Shown here: piece after piece, positions 61,973-64,000 of the stretch
Layout: each line of letters starts with the position of its first letter
How positions within the stretch are numbered: the first letter of the stretch is position 1
DNA from: Amphiscolops sp. MND2022
Taxonomy: Eukaryota
Reading direction: 5' to 3'
Assembly: GCA_964187785.1 (NCBI GenBank)
Contig: OZ076409.1
Span: 80,044,001-80,108,000, forward strand
Length of the DNA: 64,000 bases
Notes under the pieces: model-generated
The model's input: the letters and a program-made list of their open reading frames with translations, nothing else
Databases searched by the model: none
Told to the model about the DNA's origin: nothing
Position numbers and translations under genes: made by a program

Positions 61973-62593
61973 TACAAGAACAATTTTTGCCAATAATATA
62001 TCAAAGTTAATAACTCATACCACAACTGCATTACCTTCACATATCCTTCCGTTCATGAAAAATTATAATCGAAAATAAACTATTCACCATTGGTGCTTGC
62101 TCTTAAACTTCATTTTTTAAATTCAATTTCTCGGTCAAATTATTCGAATACATTTTTATTCAGTTTTCTTTTTTGGCAAAGCACACAATCGCTTCAACAT
62201 GAACCGAAATCTTGAAATGCTTCTGGTCAGGGTAAACAATGATCGTTGAAACAGTAAAAAGTTCTCCGATTTCACTGAACAAGTGATTACAAGAACAATT
62301 TTTGCCAATAATATATCAAAGTTAATAACTCATACCACAACTGCATTACCTTCACATATCCTTCCGTTCATGAAAAATTATAATCGAAAATAAACTATTC
62401 ACCATTGGTGCTTGCTCTTAAACTTCATTTTTTAAATTCAATTTCTCGGTCAAATTATTCGAATACATTTTTATTCAGTTTTCTTTTTTGGCAAAGCACA
62501 CAATCGCTTCAACATGAACCGAAATCTTGAAATGCTTCTGGTCAGGGTAAACAATGATCGTTGAAACAGTAAAAAGTTCTCCGATTTCACTGA
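61973..62593. repeat. Tandem duplication of a 306 bp unit (61973-62278, 62288-62593)
   Basis: Two copies appear identical by eye, separated by the 9 nt spacer ACAAGTGAT. Confidence 0.9.
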
Positions 62594-62659
62594 TAGCAAA
62601 ATTTAGTTGTGTTTATTATAGTTGTGCTTACATGAACTGCTTACTCGAGAAAGTGAAAG

Positions 62660-64000
62660 AAGACGCACGCTGACTAGCAGGACCGTTTCCGTCCAGACTG
62701 TTCAAGCAACGACGTAATTTTGAGGCTCAACAGTACCCACTGCATTGTGAAAATGAATTGAAGTTTAAAGAAAAACTTTTGACAATTTTTGATGAAGTTC
62801 ATCCATTTTCAAAGCAAACAATTACTTCAAATAACACTTTATGCCCAAAGGTTTTGTAGTCCTACTGTGTGTATACCAATAGGTAGCATACAATATTTTT
62901 GTATTTTTGCTCAAAAAGTTACTAAAATGTCAAAAATTGGAACAATTTGATGTTTTCAAAAACTTTGGGGTCATTTTGAAGAACTTTTTGGCAAAAAACT
63001 GCAAGTATTTCTTCCAAAGTGACTACTGAACACCTCGAAAATTCAAGTTTTCCTTTAAAAGACGTGCTGCTTAGCAAATAATTCGTTCAATTTTAATCTG
63101 AAACGTACCCAGGGCTACATACCGACCCTGCCAAATTTTCTAATTTTACAAAACCTTCGGAAATTCTCCAAAATTGGGAAGAGTTAGTCGAAACTTGGAA
63201 AATTCGGATATTTTAAACCCTTTGTTATTATTTTTGAGGAACTTCATTTTACTTTCTTTACGAAATAGTGATTCGAATATTTGAATTGCCATTGTTTCAG
63301 CGTTCAGGTCAACGGAAGGTTTGTTCAAAAATTTTTACATAAATCGAAACTTTGGTGTTTTAGATTCTTTCGACTGTTTCTTAACACAAACGGCAAGTAT
63401 TTCCTGAAACGTGTTCTGAATAATACATCAACGTCGTTGAACAATTTAATCTTGCTTGTCTACGATTTTTAAAAACTTTTACCAACTTTTAGCGTCCGTC
63501 CTAGGTTTTTTTGGAAAAAAAACGTAATGTATAACTAGTTTAACTGCTGAGAGTTTTTGAACTTTCCATTCTTTCAGATTAATGTAACTTCGTTGTTGAA
63601 AAAGTTCAGCAAAATTACAAAAAATAGAAAACTTTGATTTTTTTGATAAATTTGAGGTCATTTTGAGACACTTTTCTAGAATACTGCATATGTATTCTCA
63701 AAAACCCCTACTGGATGCCGGTATATTGGTTGTTGAAAGTTAACACCATTCTTACTCACCATATCGCTCGAAAAGTGCATAGGTTTACAAAAAAGTGAAA
63801 AATCAAGTTAAAACTACGGGTTTTTGATTTCTTTGGGATATTCTGAGGTATTTTTATATATTCGAAACTACAATTTTTTAAAAGACGCACTGCATACATA
63901 ATTATATGCATAAATTGATTCAGAGTCAAAAATACTTTGAGGACGATGTTTGATCACGGGTCTTGGAAAATATAAGCGTCTTTACTTTATTAGCTGTGAT
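62660..64000. mobile_element. Diverged family-2 repeat running off the window end
   Basis: AGACGCACGCTGACTAGCAGGACCGTTTCCGTCC start homologous to 46989 and 57264. Confidence 0.5.

Overview
AT-rich, repeat-dense eukaryotic DNA, most consistent with an invertebrate animal; the species cannot be determined from sequence alone. It holds two tandem + strand ABCB1/MDR (P-glycoprotein)-type transporter genes: the last 3 exons of paralog 1 (2035-7835) and a nearly complete 21-exon paralog 2 (41356-61732), with patchy near-identity suggesting gene conversion. Three LTR retroelements have resolvable termini and TSDs: a 1.77 kb gag-only element in an ABCB intron, a decayed 6 kb Ty3/gypsy element, and a young 16.3 kb Ty3/gypsy element (11677-27994). 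The 16.3 kb element is the main discovery. It has 1.94 kb LTRs containing the first ~189 gag codons, a -1 frameshift gag-pol junction and no PPT at the 3' LTR. Between pol and the 3' LTR it carries a divergent two-gene cassette: an antisense, 4-intron gene for a ~1290 aa BED-finger, hAT-transposase-derived protein apparently lacking catalytic residues, and a sense 261 aa orphan ORF running into the 3' LTR. A GGCC-N6-GGCC motif recurs in the LTRs and between the two accessory genes. The remainder is mostly non-autonomous repeats, including two Helentron/DINE-1-like families. All alignments and family assignments were made by eye.
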